The notes under the pieces are model-generated. The model ran no database searches. It was given only the letters and a program-made list of their open reading frames with translations, and was not told where the DNA came from. The translations under genes were made by a program, and so were the position numbers. 34,881 bases of DNA, taken from a virus. Its lineage: Duplodnaviria; Heunggongvirae; Uroviricota; Caudoviricetes. Where the stretch lies: IMG/VR virus record IMGVR_UViG_3300028591_000140; one strand, written 5' to 3'. Shown here in pieces: positions 23,807 through 33,019 of the stretch. Position 1 is the stretch's first letter. Each line of letters starts with the position of its first letter.

Positions 23807-24520
23807 TTACGGGTTGGTGGTACCGCTAAGAATCGAAATGACTTCAGCGGGCAGAGGCAGACGAGGATCAACACCGTCGTTACCGCCAGCAGTGGTAGGA
23901 TCCTTACCATAAAGGATATCCTCCAGAGCGGTCAGTCTTGCCTTAAGCTCGGTGGTATCAAACTTGGTAGAGTCAATCTCCATGTGAGCAAAGGGCTTGT
24001 ACTCAACGTCATTGATCTTACCGACTTCGACAGGAACCGTATCCAGCTCCCAGCTCATCTCGGTAGCCTCAGGATCATTGTTAATGGTGTTGTAGGTCTT
24101 CTGAGAAGGAGCGGCCGTAGCACCCCAAATCAGATGCAGAATATAGCCGTAGTCCTCGAACTCGGTATCGTTGCCGATGGTGCTGACAAAGCTGAAGCCG
24201 AAGGGCTTACGGACCTGCTGGCCAACCTTCACACCGGGGATGACAAACGCAGAGCCATCGCACTCAGCGAACTCATCCGGGTAGGTATAGGCATTGATGG
24301 TGGCCTTGCAGTTCTCTTTCGAACGCAGGGACAGATACTTGGTATCATCGGCCCAAATATCGTTGGATTCACCGCCATCAGGAGAAATGTCCACAGAGGT
24401 GAGACCATTCCAGCCAACACCCTTGGGGTATGCAGCACCGACGCGAGGATAGACAACGCCTTTCTTCACACCAGTTTCATACTTTCTCTCGCCAACGGCA
24501 TCCCATACGATTTTACTCAT
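23807..24520 (-). CDS. Major tail protein
   Basis: MSKIVWDAVGERKYETGV..GV.YP...WNGLT.V...P.GGE...A.I.AYTYP.EF..CDG. Confidence 0.92.
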   Translation of the reverse strand: MSKIVWDAVGERKYETGVKKGVVYPRVGAAYPKGVGWNGLTSVDISPDGGESNDIWADDTKYLSLRSKENCKATINAYTYPDEFAECDGSAFVIPGVKVGQQVRKPFGFSFVSTIGNDTEFEDYGYILHLIWGATAAPSQKTYNTINNDPEATEMSWELDTVPVEVGKINDVEYKPFAHMEIDSTKFDTTELKARLTALEDILYGKDPTTAGGNDGVDPRLPLPAEVISILSGTTNP

Positions 24521-24541
24521 ATCGGTTACCTCCGTTAAAGG

Positions 24542-24868
24542 TTAATAGTAGAGTCGGAACAAGTCGTGATGAAGATTGTCAGCCGTATAGGTTCTTTGGT
24601 GCTCGATATGAGAAAAAGACGCCAGTAAGAGATCTGGAATTTCGGAATCTGGATCTCTGGTAATGAACGTCACATCATAAGCAGTCAAGCCAATATACCG
24701 TATATCGTCTGCTCGAATAGCATCACGCTTGGCAATTTTGTAAACTATGCATCCTTTTGGGTCATAGTTTAGATGGACTGACGCCGGGGGCTGAAAATAA
24801 GCATTTCTGGACTCCAAGATCTCGCAGAACTCCTCATGGAGTTGCAGCCGTCTCGCCATTATAAACAC
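24542..24868 (-). CDS. Tail terminator protein
   Basis: Position before the major tail gene; YFQPP....L.Y...IVY...F..R.Y.ADNL.HD.F..YY. Confidence 0.75.
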   Translation of the reverse strand: MFIMARRLQLHEEFCEILESRNAYFQPPASVHLNYDPKGCIVYKIAKRDAIRADDIRYIGLTAYDVTFITRDPDSEIPDLLLASFSHIEHQRTYTADNLHHDLFRLYY

Positions 24869-25172
24869 CCCCTATCGTCAAGATGAGGCGTGGGTACTGT
24901 GTGGCATCCACTTGGGAAACTTTCCAAACAGCACCCAGCCATCGGACGTATTTAATTGTATGGAAGTGTTGCATGGCAAACGGATCAGAGATAATGGAAA
25001 GGCTATTGTTGACATTGATATTGTCATTGGTGCTTTCGCCCGGCGAGGAAGTCTTGTAGTTTTTAAGCACATCCCCACTATAGTTTCTCTCAACGATCTC
25101 ATCTGTCCACACGCCAGGAGAGGTCTCTTTGGGAATGCCATAGCCTATCGGGCCATAGAATTTATTTGCCAT
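24834..25172 (-). CDS. Head closure (stopper) protein
   Basis: After the capsid gene; KFYG.IGY....ET.PGVW...I.E..Y.GDV...SI..DPFA...W.V. Confidence 0.75.
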   Translation of the reverse strand: MANKFYGPIGYGIPKETSPGVWTDEIVERNYSGDVLKNYKTSSPGESTNDNINVNNSLSIISDPFAMQHFHTIKYVRWLGAVWKVSQVDATQYPRLILTIGGVYNGETAATP

Positions 25173-25208
25173 GCAAGCTTACTCCCATTTTGAATTGATC
25201 AGCTAAGA

Positions 25209-27263
25209 TCAGGCAACCTCTTCCTCAAGAACGATGAAGCTCTTGATGCGAGTGGTGGCACCGGACACGCGAGTCTCGATCAGGCTCTTGTGCTGGTTGA
25301 AGTCGATGTCGAACTGCTCGAAGTGGGTGATCTCGCCGCCCTTGGTGGCACCCATGGAGTAGTCAGCCAGGTTACCCAGGATGGCCAGGAGACGGTAGGT
25401 CTTGGTCGTGCCGTTCACGGTCACAGTACGGGTCTTGTTGGCGAACTCGGGAACGTTGAAGACATTCTGAACCTCGAGGGTGGCGTTCAGCTCGGTCTTG
25501 TTAGTGAACATGCGGCGGCCGTTGCGGTCCTTCGCAAGTAGGAGCTTGTTGTAGAATGCCTGAGTGGAGAACATGTCCATAGCACCGGAGCCACGGTAGT
25601 CGATCATAGCATCGAGAATGGCTTCCTCAGCGGCCTCAGCATAGCGGTATGCATTGCCGAAGTTGGCAGCAGTGCCGGTACCATTGGCATTGACATCCAG
25701 AGTGATGACCTTGTGGATGGTGAAGAGCTCATCATCGGTCCAGATCGGGCGGATCTTATCCTCAGCGATCTTATCAGCATCGGCAGCGTCACGACCGTCA
25801 CCGATCAGGACAGCGCGGGCCAGCTCACCCTCCAGCAGCATCTTGTCAATACCGTACTGGTAGTCGATGTAACCGAAGTCCTGAATATCCAGAACGTCGT
25901 CACGGTTCAGAGCGGACTTGACATACACGGTCGTCGGAGCGGTCTCACGCTTGGCGACGTTGTAGCCATCAACCAGAGCCTTCTCCTTGCCCTTGGTCGC
26001 ACCCTTTGCACGGAGGCCCTCAATGTCACGAAGGTCGGCCTGCTGAGTACGGATACGGCTGAACGGGGTCTTGTGGATCTTACCGAGAACCTGCTTCACC
26101 CATGCACGGTCATTGGTGACGATCTCGGGAGCACCAGGACGGACATTGCGGAACTCGGGGAAGAGCAGGTCGATGTTGGCCGCAGTAGCGGGGGGAACGA
26201 TGTAGGAACCAAAGCCGCTCACGGGCTTGGGAGCTACGGGCGTAGGATCGTCGTCGGCGTGGGCCAGCTCATGCTCCGCGGCATAAGCCTCGAAAGCCTT
26301 CTTGAAGCTGCCGCAATCACGAGCGTCAGCGATGATCTGCATCTCATCAGCGTGAGAGAGGAAAGCGCCCTCAGGGGCAGTCTGGGCATCAAACACATTG
26401 TGCTTCATAATATCGTCTCCTTCGAGGTCCGAATGCTCGACCTCAGTTTCTTTGTTGTTGGTTTTGGCGTCCTCAAGAGCCTGACCGATCATGAAATACA
26501 CGACCTGCTTCTGCTCTTCAGTCAGGGAATCGAAGACCTGCTTAACAGTCTTCTCTTTGCCGTTGCCCTCGTCAGTGTCGTCATCATCGGAGTGCTGGAT
26601 AGGCTTCTCTTCGTCGGTGTCAGTGGACTTACCATTGGCTTCCTCCAGTGCCTGACCGATCATGAAGTAGACAACCTGTTTCTGCTCTTCGGTGAATTCA
26701 TCAAAGACATCTTTGACGGTCTTCTCCTTCTGTTCAGTCTTCACGTCATCTTTCTCCTTGTTGTCCTCCGGCTCTTCCTCAGAATCGGCATGACTTAATT
26801 CAAGTCCTTCCTCGCCGGAGAAGATCATGGCCTCTTCGAGAATCGGCTCATCAGTACCGTCAGAATGGGAGAGAACCGGATTGTCGATATAGGCACCAGG
26901 ATTAGCCCCGGCCAGGACAAGACTTACTTCCTTGATCGCGCCATGGAGAACATCTCCACCGCGCTGCTGAAGCTGATTGGCGTAAATAGACAGCGAGGTA
27001 ATATCACCATGCTGCACAAGCGCCTTGGCATACTGGCCCCAGTCCGTCTCATTGAAAGAGCAGTAGGCATAAACACCCTCATCACGATTCTCGAGCAGAG
27101 CGTGACCGAGAACGTTGGTCGGGTCATCATGACGATGCTGCCAAACAAGAGGGACGGTCTGACCGTCGTTATCTTTGAATGCATCCTTACGGATGGTGCG
27201 GCCATCGGAACAACGCAGATCATTTCTGGTTGCCCAACCGCTGAAGTCAAACTTAGGTCCCAT
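25209..27263 (-). CDS. Fused prohead protease - scaffold - major capsid protein
   Basis: N-terminal HK97-type protease motifs (FSGWAT..D..CSDGR.I...AF, VPLVWQH, LSI.A, EVSLVLAGANPGA); acidic linker; C-terminal capsid domain (E.ARA.LIGDGR, FDIDFNQ.K.LIETR.SG). Confidence 0.93.
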   Translation of the reverse strand: MGPKFDFSGWATRNDLRCSDGRTIRKDAFKDNDGQTVPLVWQHRHDDPTNVLGHALLENRDEGVYAYCSFNETDWGQYAKALVQHGDITSLSIYANQLQQRGGDVLHGAIKEVSLVLAGANPGAYIDNPVLSHSDGTDEPILEEAMIFSGEEGLELSHADSEEEPEDNKEKDDVKTEQKEKTVKDVFDEFTEEQKQVVYFMIGQALEEANGKSTDTDEEKPIQHSDDDDTDEGNGKEKTVKQVFDSLTEEQKQVVYFMIGQALEDAKTNNKETEVEHSDLEGDDIMKHNVFDAQTAPEGAFLSHADEMQIIADARDCGSFKKAFEAYAAEHELAHADDDPTPVAPKPVSGFGSYIVPPATAANIDLLFPEFRNVRPGAPEIVTNDRAWVKQVLGKIHKTPFSRIRTQQADLRDIEGLRAKGATKGKEKALVDGYNVAKRETAPTTVYVKSALNRDDVLDIQDFGYIDYQYGIDKMLLEGELARAVLIGDGRDAADADKIAEDKIRPIWTDDELFTIHKVITLDVNANGTGTAANFGNAYRYAEAAEEAILDAMIDYRGSGAMDMFSTQAFYNKLLLAKDRNGRRMFTNKTELNATLEVQNVFNVPEFANKTRTVTVNGTTKTYRLLAILGNLADYSMGATKGGEITHFEQFDIDFNQHKSLIETRVSGATTRIKSFIVLEEEVA
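26470..26729 (-). repeat. Duplicated ~31-aa helical unit in the scaffold region
   Basis: KEKTVKDVFDEFTEEQKQVVYFMIGQALEEA and KEKTVKQVFDSLTEEQKQVVYFMIGQALEDA. Confidence 0.9.
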
Positions 27264-28497
27264 TTTGATTTGTCTCCTTTATTTCATTCTCTGGACTCAC
27301 TTCAGCCTCTTTCGACTGATTCAAGTTCTTATTTCGCAGTTCATCGGCCTTGGGATCATCACTGGGTTTCATACCAATAATGCTTCTTACCTCATTGGAA
27401 GATAGGATTTCATTGCGGGTGAACTTATCAGCGATGTCGGCAAGAGCTGAAACAGGGATAAGCTTGAAGTAATCCTGGAAGAAAGAAATAGACTGCCCTT
27501 GAGTTCGGGCAGCCTTGGTTAAAAATTTTCGCCGCATCTCTTCCACAAAAGCGGTACAGATAACGGCGATGATTCGATTTTGGTAATTACGCATAGTCTC
27601 TTCGTTGGCTGTACCATTGAGAATCTCATTCGTAATACCCAACTGGCCCATCAGTGTCTCAGTCAGATACTTGATTTGATTCATCAAATTGTTTTCAACC
27701 GGTCGATTCAACTGCGTAATTCGCTCAGTTCCATCAGTATAAGCGATGCCATACTTAGAACCAGCAAGCTGCATCTCGATGTCTTTGCGTCGTTTCTCAG
27801 CCTGCTGCTTACGAGCTTCGGTCTTAATAACGTAAGGAAGCTGAATAATCAAATCCAGTTTCCCAGCACTACTCTGCTCATCAACCGCATCCAAAAGATT
27901 GAGTTTCCGGATGAGCCGCTGAAGAGTCGAGTTAGGCTCGTTCATAATGGAGTAGAATGGATTCTCTATAATGGCAACCATCTTTTTGGGAAGAACAACT
28001 TCTCTTCGACGGCCGGTGTTCTCATCATAGAGTTCAACCTTTACATGCTTCGGCATCCATTCTTTGATCTTCCCTGTCCGCAGAGTCTTTATGTCATACC
28101 CATTGGAGAGAAGCGGATTGATGGTCGTATCTACAGGAACGATGGCCACAACACCTTCGTCAAACATAGACATGACAGCATCTTGGATCATTGCACGGCC
28201 TGTCTGATCAACATTAGCTTCAACTGAGAGACAGTTATTCAAGCCAGAGTCGATCATCTCCTTAAATCGGCCTTTATCATCAAGTCGAACATTTCGAATA
28301 TCAACAGATGCTACATCTGCGGCAATACGATTAAATATCGAATTGATGATTGAACGCTCATTACTATAAGAGGAATGGCGTTTGCTCTGATTATAAGAAG
28401 ACCCGCCGTAGTAAAAGTCTACGGACGGGACAGGAGTGGGATCTTTGTTGTTAAAGGCATTCCATGCATGCTGGAGCCTTTCAGTCATTGTGGGCAT
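27253..28497 (-). CDS. Portal protein
   Basis: 414 aa directly before the protease; IA.D.A...I..VR, L..EAN.DQTGR, ENP.Y..MNEPNSTLQRL..KL. Confidence 0.93.
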   Translation of the reverse strand: MPTMTERLQHAWNAFNNKDPTPVPSVDFYYGGSSYNQSKRHSSYSNERSIINSIFNRIAADVASVDIRNVRLDDKGRFKEMIDSGLNNCLSVEANVDQTGRAMIQDAVMSMFDEGVVAIVPVDTTINPLLSNGYDIKTLRTGKIKEWMPKHVKVELYDENTGRRREVVLPKKMVAIIENPFYSIMNEPNSTLQRLIRKLNLLDAVDEQSSAGKLDLIIQLPYVIKTEARKQQAEKRRKDIEMQLAGSKYGIAYTDGTERITQLNRPVENNLMNQIKYLTETLMGQLGITNEILNGTANEETMRNYQNRIIAVICTAFVEEMRRKFLTKAARTQGQSISFFQDYFKLIPVSALADIADKFTRNEILSSNEVRSIIGMKPSDDPKADELRNKNLNQSKEAEVSPENEIKETNQNGT

Positions 28498-28516
28498 ACA
28501 CGGCCCTCCTTAGAAG

Positions 28517-29206
28517 TTACACATCTTTTGCTGCTTCTTCCATGGCATAGGCCAATGTACTCAGAGGAATACCACTGCGAGAAATATTGTTGAATTCTTT
28601 CACAGCTTGCTTATAAGCGGAACTCTTTTTGACAGAAGAATCTTTGATGGCAGAGATTCGCATAGACTTATACGTATCAACAGCCTGCTTGACTCGAGTC
28701 TGGCCAGCTTTGACATACTGTGTACCCTTGTCGAAATCCTTCAGTTTTTCTGAAGCTCCTTTTTTCTCGAGCTTAGCTCTGGTCTTTTCTCTACCAGCAA
28801 GCGTTGATTCGTTCTGCTTGGAAAGCTTTGACTCAAATTTTCCAACAGTCTTCTCAACCTTTGCAATTTTTCGAGATTCTGTAGCCTCTTTTTTGGCTTT
28901 ATCAGCAGCATCTGCTTTTGCCAGCAGCTTATCCTTTACGGCTTTATTGGCCGATGCCATAGCTTGATTGCCATGCTTAGAATAGTAACGCTCATTAACG
29001 TCATAAACTTTAGCGAGTGCTCTCCGAGCTGTTCCACCAACAGAATGATAGTTTTCACCAGATCCCTCGCTAAAATAACGCTTTTTGCCAGCCTCATTGA
29101 AGGTGCCATCAGCATTCTGCCAGCGTCTTACACCCCACTTCATACCCTTGATACCATGGTGCATAAGATCCTCTTCGCGCTGGAAAGAATAGCCATACAT
29201 TTCCAT
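28517..29206 (-). CDS. Basic LxH-HGxxGxKWG leader protein (candidate capsid cargo)
   Basis: EDLMHHGIKGMKWGVRRWQN.DG; Lys-rich. Start placed at ATG 29206 (track start 29218). Confidence 0.8.
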   Translation of the reverse strand: MEMYGYSFQREEDLMHHGIKGMKWGVRRWQNADGTFNEAGKKRYFSEGSGENYHSVGGTARRALAKVYDVNERYYSKHGNQAMASANKAVKDKLLAKADAADKAKKEATESRKIAKVEKTVGKFESKLSKQNESTLAGREKTRAKLEKKGASEKLKDFDKGTQYVKAGQTRVKQAVDTYKSMRISAIKDSSVKKSSAYKQAVKEFNNISRSGIPLSTLAYAMEEAAKDV

Positions 29207-29230
29207 TTTGAATTTCACCTCTTGTGGCGT

Positions 29231-30013
29231 TTAATTCACCGCATTATTGTGCTTCTCGTTCTCGCGCAAAATTTTAGCGAGTTCCTGCTGACGCTGGTAT
29301 TCGGCCATTCGACGGTCGGATTTTACTTTTTGTTTAGCGGCATCTGTCAAAGCATCGCCCTTAGACGATTCATACGCAGATCGAAGTTTCTTATAATCGC
29401 CAGTTAAATATGACATTTTAACGTGGTTTTCAGAATTTCCATACAACGTGTCAATCACTTTTTGGCCAGTTGACATTTTCGACCGCATATCTTTTCGCTG
29501 CTTTTCGAGCATTTGTCTCTTGACAACCGCAGATGTGGCATTTGCTAATTCTTGATTTGCACCAGTGAGATTCTTAAAAATACGTTCGGCCGATGACTGA
29601 CCGGCTTCAATGTCGCGTCTGATAATCCGTGCCAAGCGTATTTCAGCCTGCTGAGAAGTCATGGACTCATTAAACTCTTTTTCAAGCTGTTCATCTTTTC
29701 GTAAAAGTTTATTTGCTTTTTTCTCATCAGAAGCCTTAGCTTTCTCAAGCATTTGCTCTTTTACTTTTCTGTTCGCTTCAGCCATCGCAGAGTTTCCACG
29801 TTTGGAATAAAACCGCTCGTTAATGTCATAAACCTTTGCAAGAGCTCGGCGAGCATTTCCACTAAAAGAACGTTCATTTCCATAACGTTCTCTCCCAGCA
29901 GCCGTCCAAGTTCCGTCCTCATTCTGATAACGACGGATACCCCATTTTTGGCCTTTAATGCCGTGATGCTGGAGAGTGCTCTCACAGGTGAAGTTGTAAC
30001 CGTAATAGTTCAT
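29231..30013 (-). CDS. Basic LxH-HGxxGxKWG leader protein (candidate capsid cargo)
   Basis: STLQHHGIKGQKWGIRRYQNEDG; shares an ARRALAKVYD.NER block with 28517..29206. Confidence 0.8.
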   Translation of the reverse strand: MNYYGYNFTCESTLQHHGIKGQKWGIRRYQNEDGTWTAAGRERYGNERSFSGNARRALAKVYDINERFYSKRGNSAMAEANRKVKEQMLEKAKASDEKKANKLLRKDEQLEKEFNESMTSQQAEIRLARIIRRDIEAGQSSAERIFKNLTGANQELANATSAVVKRQMLEKQRKDMRSKMSTGQKVIDTLYGNSENHVKMSYLTGDYKKLRSAYESSKGDALTDAAKQKVKSDRRMAEYQRQQELAKILRENEKHNNAVN

Positions 30014-30039
30014 AATAGGTTACTCCCATTTAAAAGTGA

Positions 30040-31791
30040 TTATTCAAAAGCGTCACGGTTAGCCTTCCATGCGACATAGGCATCAAGCATGGCTGCCACG
30101 TTATCAATCTTGTCTTGGCGACGCTTCTTTAGCAATTTACGGTTACCATTGGTATCCTCCAGAGTAATGCAGTTACCCATGGTGAAGGTCATGAGCTCCT
30201 GATCAAAGATCAGCATTCGCTCTTCGGCATAAGTCTTTAACTCGCCAAGAGGGACTGACTCGGTCTTGGAGCCCTGAATGACTTTCTCGATACCAAATGG
30301 ACCGTTCTCTCGTTCCCAACGTTCGACAAATTCTTTAGCATTGTACGGGTCAAAGCCAAAACATCGAACATCATAACCAGTCTCGATAATATACTGATCC
30401 AAATCATCGTAGACCTGCATCATGTCCAGCACCGTGCAGTCAAGCACAATCAAACTTCCTTCATTGAGGAAGTCGTTATACTTGATTCGCATAGCAACTG
30501 GCAACTTATTCAGTGTGATCGAAGAAATATAGCTTCGAACCTTTACGCCGAAACCTCCATTCTTCAACGGGAACAAGAACGTGAAGGCACAGAAGTCGTC
30601 TCCCTGTGAAAGGTCTGCTCCAAGAGCACAGGGCATAGACCAGAAGTCTCTTCTTCGATGCGGAAGAGTCTCCTCATATGTAAAGAAGTACGTGTACCCC
30701 TCCATCGGGAGATTAAACCGCTTGGCCAAAATATCGTTCCGTGCTGCGGGAACCTTCTCGGCTCTCTCAACATCACGCTGATAAGTCTCATAGGTGACAG
30801 TTCGCCCAAGATTCGGATTTGCTTTCAGCCACATCTCGGGCTGAGCAACTTCTTTAATATCATCAAGCTTGTAATACCAGATCGAAACATTCGGAGCTAT
30901 GTATTCACCCTTAAGGATGGACATAAGCTCCATTTTGATTGTGTCACCAGCAGCGTTTCGGACAGTACCCTCAGAGCTGGTAGCAACAATCACATAGTCA
31001 TCCAGACCACCTTTGGCTGCACCCTGTTCAAGAGCACCAATAGGATCCTCTCGGATGTCACAGGACAACCATTCGTCGATCGTGGCACACTTCACTCGCA
31101 GACCCTGAAGCTTGTCGATCGCCATAGGACGAATCTCAAGCAAAGAGCCAGTCAAGAAGTTCTCAATGCCCTTCTTTGTGGAAGCCAGTTTGACACGGTT
31201 AGCCTTCGATCCGGTTGTGTTCTGGAGCGAACCTTCCGTTAAGAACTTAAACAGCGGTCCACGGGATCGAACAATTGAAGTTCGAATCGGAGATAAGACC
31301 TCTTCAGACTGTTTCATTGTAGGAGCAGTCGTAACCTGATGAGTCGTAGTCCCATCAATATTGAGGAAATATGACTGGATACAAGAGGCATACATAGATT
31401 TAGCAGCACCTCTGGCTACAATGAGGTACTGCTTATTAATCAGGCGTTGTTTAATTCTCTTATTGACATATCGGCCGCCATGGTTATCCGGATTCGGCTC
31501 ATAGACCGAACGTGTAACAAAGTAATACCAGCCGAAGATCTGTTCTGCCCAAACCTTGAACGTATCAAGAAGCAGAAGGTCAGATCCATCTGTCAGGGTC
31601 AGTTCGTTCTCACAATATCGAATGAACCCCTCGACTGCATCCTCGTCGTAATACACGCCGGGGTTTGCAATCAAGTCATCAATACGGTTCATCTCCATGG
31701 AGATCTCTCGACAAACCGGGATCTCGCCACGAATGACTGCATCCCGAAATTGCCCGTAATACTTCGGGACCGCAGTGTTTGATAAACTCAT
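30040..31791 (-). CDS. terL: Terminase large subunit
   Basis: Walker A VARGAAKS, Walker B ATIDE, nuclease ALGADLSQGDDF and C-terminal KIDNVAAMLDA. Confidence 0.97.
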   Translation of the reverse strand: MSLSNTAVPKYYGQFRDAVIRGEIPVCREISMEMNRIDDLIANPGVYYDEDAVEGFIRYCENELTLTDGSDLLLLDTFKVWAEQIFGWYYFVTRSVYEPNPDNHGGRYVNKRIKQRLINKQYLIVARGAAKSMYASCIQSYFLNIDGTTTHQVTTAPTMKQSEEVLSPIRTSIVRSRGPLFKFLTEGSLQNTTGSKANRVKLASTKKGIENFLTGSLLEIRPMAIDKLQGLRVKCATIDEWLSCDIREDPIGALEQGAAKGGLDDYVIVATSSEGTVRNAAGDTIKMELMSILKGEYIAPNVSIWYYKLDDIKEVAQPEMWLKANPNLGRTVTYETYQRDVERAEKVPAARNDILAKRFNLPMEGYTYFFTYEETLPHRRRDFWSMPCALGADLSQGDDFCAFTFLFPLKNGGFGVKVRSYISSITLNKLPVAMRIKYNDFLNEGSLIVLDCTVLDMMQVYDDLDQYIIETGYDVRCFGFDPYNAKEFVERWERENGPFGIEKVIQGSKTESVPLGELKTYAEERMLIFDQELMTFTMGNCITLEDTNGNRKLLKKRRQDKIDNVAAMLDAYVAWKANRDAFE

Positions 31792-31809
31792 TTTGAATTG
31801 TCCAATCTA

Positions 31810-31838
31810 TTGCATGTGTGCAATTGTTATGGTAAACT
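31810..31838 (+). promoter_or_regulatory. Sigma70/SigA-type promoter for the EcsC-family gene
   Basis: TTGCAT(31810-31815), 17-nt spacer, TAAACT(31833-31838) with extended TG; SD GAGGTG at 31845-31850; ATG at 31858. Confidence 0.7.
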
Positions 31839-31857
31839 TAGGATGAGGTGATGCTAT

Positions 31858-32511
31858 ATGGATGAAAAGAAAGATCGAAAGCAATTACTTAATCCAGAGA
31901 AACTGATGAAAGCTCTGGATTGGCTTTACGATAAAGCGACCAGCGGTGTTTCTGGAGCAGGAGGGTGTTGGAAACTTGCCGAAGATTACCGGAACAAGTA
32001 CAAAGATCCAAAGCTTGCTGCAAAGAAACTGGCTAAATCTCAAATAGCCAAATGTACGCTTTCAGGAACAGTCACCAGCGTCGGTGGAATTATAACTTTA
32101 CCAGTAGCGCTCCCAGCTAACATAACCTCTGTTTGGTATGTAGAGCTCCAAATGATTGCAGCCATTGCCGTGTTAGGCGGTTATGATCCGTCGCATGATG
32201 AAGTGAAAATGCTCAGTTATGCATGTCTTTGCGGTTCAAGCGTTATGGATGCTTTAAGTGCCGCAGGAGCTGACTTTGCCGTCAAAGGCGGTAAAGTCCT
32301 TATTGGAAAAATCCCCGTTGAAACAATTCGTGCAATTAACCATAAGCTTGGCGTGCGATTTGTTACCAAATGGGGCGAGACTGGTGTTATCAACCTCGGA
32401 AAAATGGTGCCCGTTCTTGGTGCTGGCGTTGGCGGAGCATTCGATCTTGTTTCATCCAGCATTGTTGCAAAATCTGCAATCAAGACCTTTGTGGATGATA
32501 AGATTCTTTAA
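31858..32511 (+). CDS. EcsC-family protein (moron, opposite strand)
   Basis: LA.DY...Y....A...L...Q..K...SG.VT..GG.ITLPVALPAN...V.Y....MIAAIA..GGYD; FVTK.G..G.INLGKM.PV.GA.VGG.FD. Confidence 0.85.
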   Translation: MDEKKDRKQLLNPEKLMKALDWLYDKATSGVSGAGGCWKLAEDYRNKYKDPKLAAKKLAKSQIAKCTLSGTVTSVGGIITLPVALPANITSVWYVELQMIAAIAVLGGYDPSHDEVKMLSYACLCGSSVMDALSAAGADFAVKGGKVLIGKIPVETIRAINHKLGVRFVTKWGETGVINLGKMVPVLGAGVGGAFDLVSSSIVAKSAIKTFVDDKIL

Positions 32512-33005
32512 TCCGGAATATAGTCCCAGGTGCCCTTCAGGACATCTACGACTTCAGGTCCATACTCTTTGATCACTGCCGCAGCCTTCTTAGCACCAGC
32601 AATGGCAGTAGCAGGATCCTTAGCCATCTTACCAATAGTCGCGCCAACCACGGCAACTGCAACGGCTTCGGCACTCTTTTCTCCAACTTTCTGGAGAATT
32701 TTCTGACTGGCAGTCTGACCTTGCCTTTTCGCCCCAGCCATCTGCTTGAGTGCATCCTCATTACGCAGACGATTCAGACGATCCTGAAGCTCTCGATCGG
32801 AAAGCTGATCACGATACTTGTAGAGCTCTTTGGCATTCGTGGATTTGACGAGTTCGTCATGAGTCGGACCTTTGGCTTTCTTCTTAGCCTCGCCGACTTC
32901 TTTGCCGCCCTCTCCACTTTTACGGCCTCTCACAGAATATGGCTGAAAGCGACGTACGCCCCATTTCATACCAAGAATCCCATAATGGGCCAGATAATCT
33001 TCCAT
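32508..33005 (-). CDS. Basic LxH-YGxxGxKWG leader protein (candidate capsid cargo)
   Basis: MEDYLAHYGILGMKWGVRRFQ; SD GAGGTGG places the start at 33005 (track start 33053). Confidence 0.8.
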   Translation of the reverse strand: MEDYLAHYGILGMKWGVRRFQPYSVRGRKSGEGGKEVGEAKKKAKGPTHDELVKSTNAKELYKYRDQLSDRELQDRLNRLRNEDALKQMAGAKRQGQTASQKILQKVGEKSAEAVAVAVVGATIGKMAKDPATAIAGAKKAAAVIKEYGPEVVDVLKGTWDYIPD

Positions 33006-33019
33006 AGTATTCCACCTCT

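Noticed and set aside
15602-31242. Many other plus-strand ORFs (e.g. 15602..16498, 21657..22490, 25713..26798, 27580..28227, 30658..31242)
   Set aside because: All lie opposite confident structural genes; stop-poor antisense frames are expected with biased codon usage.
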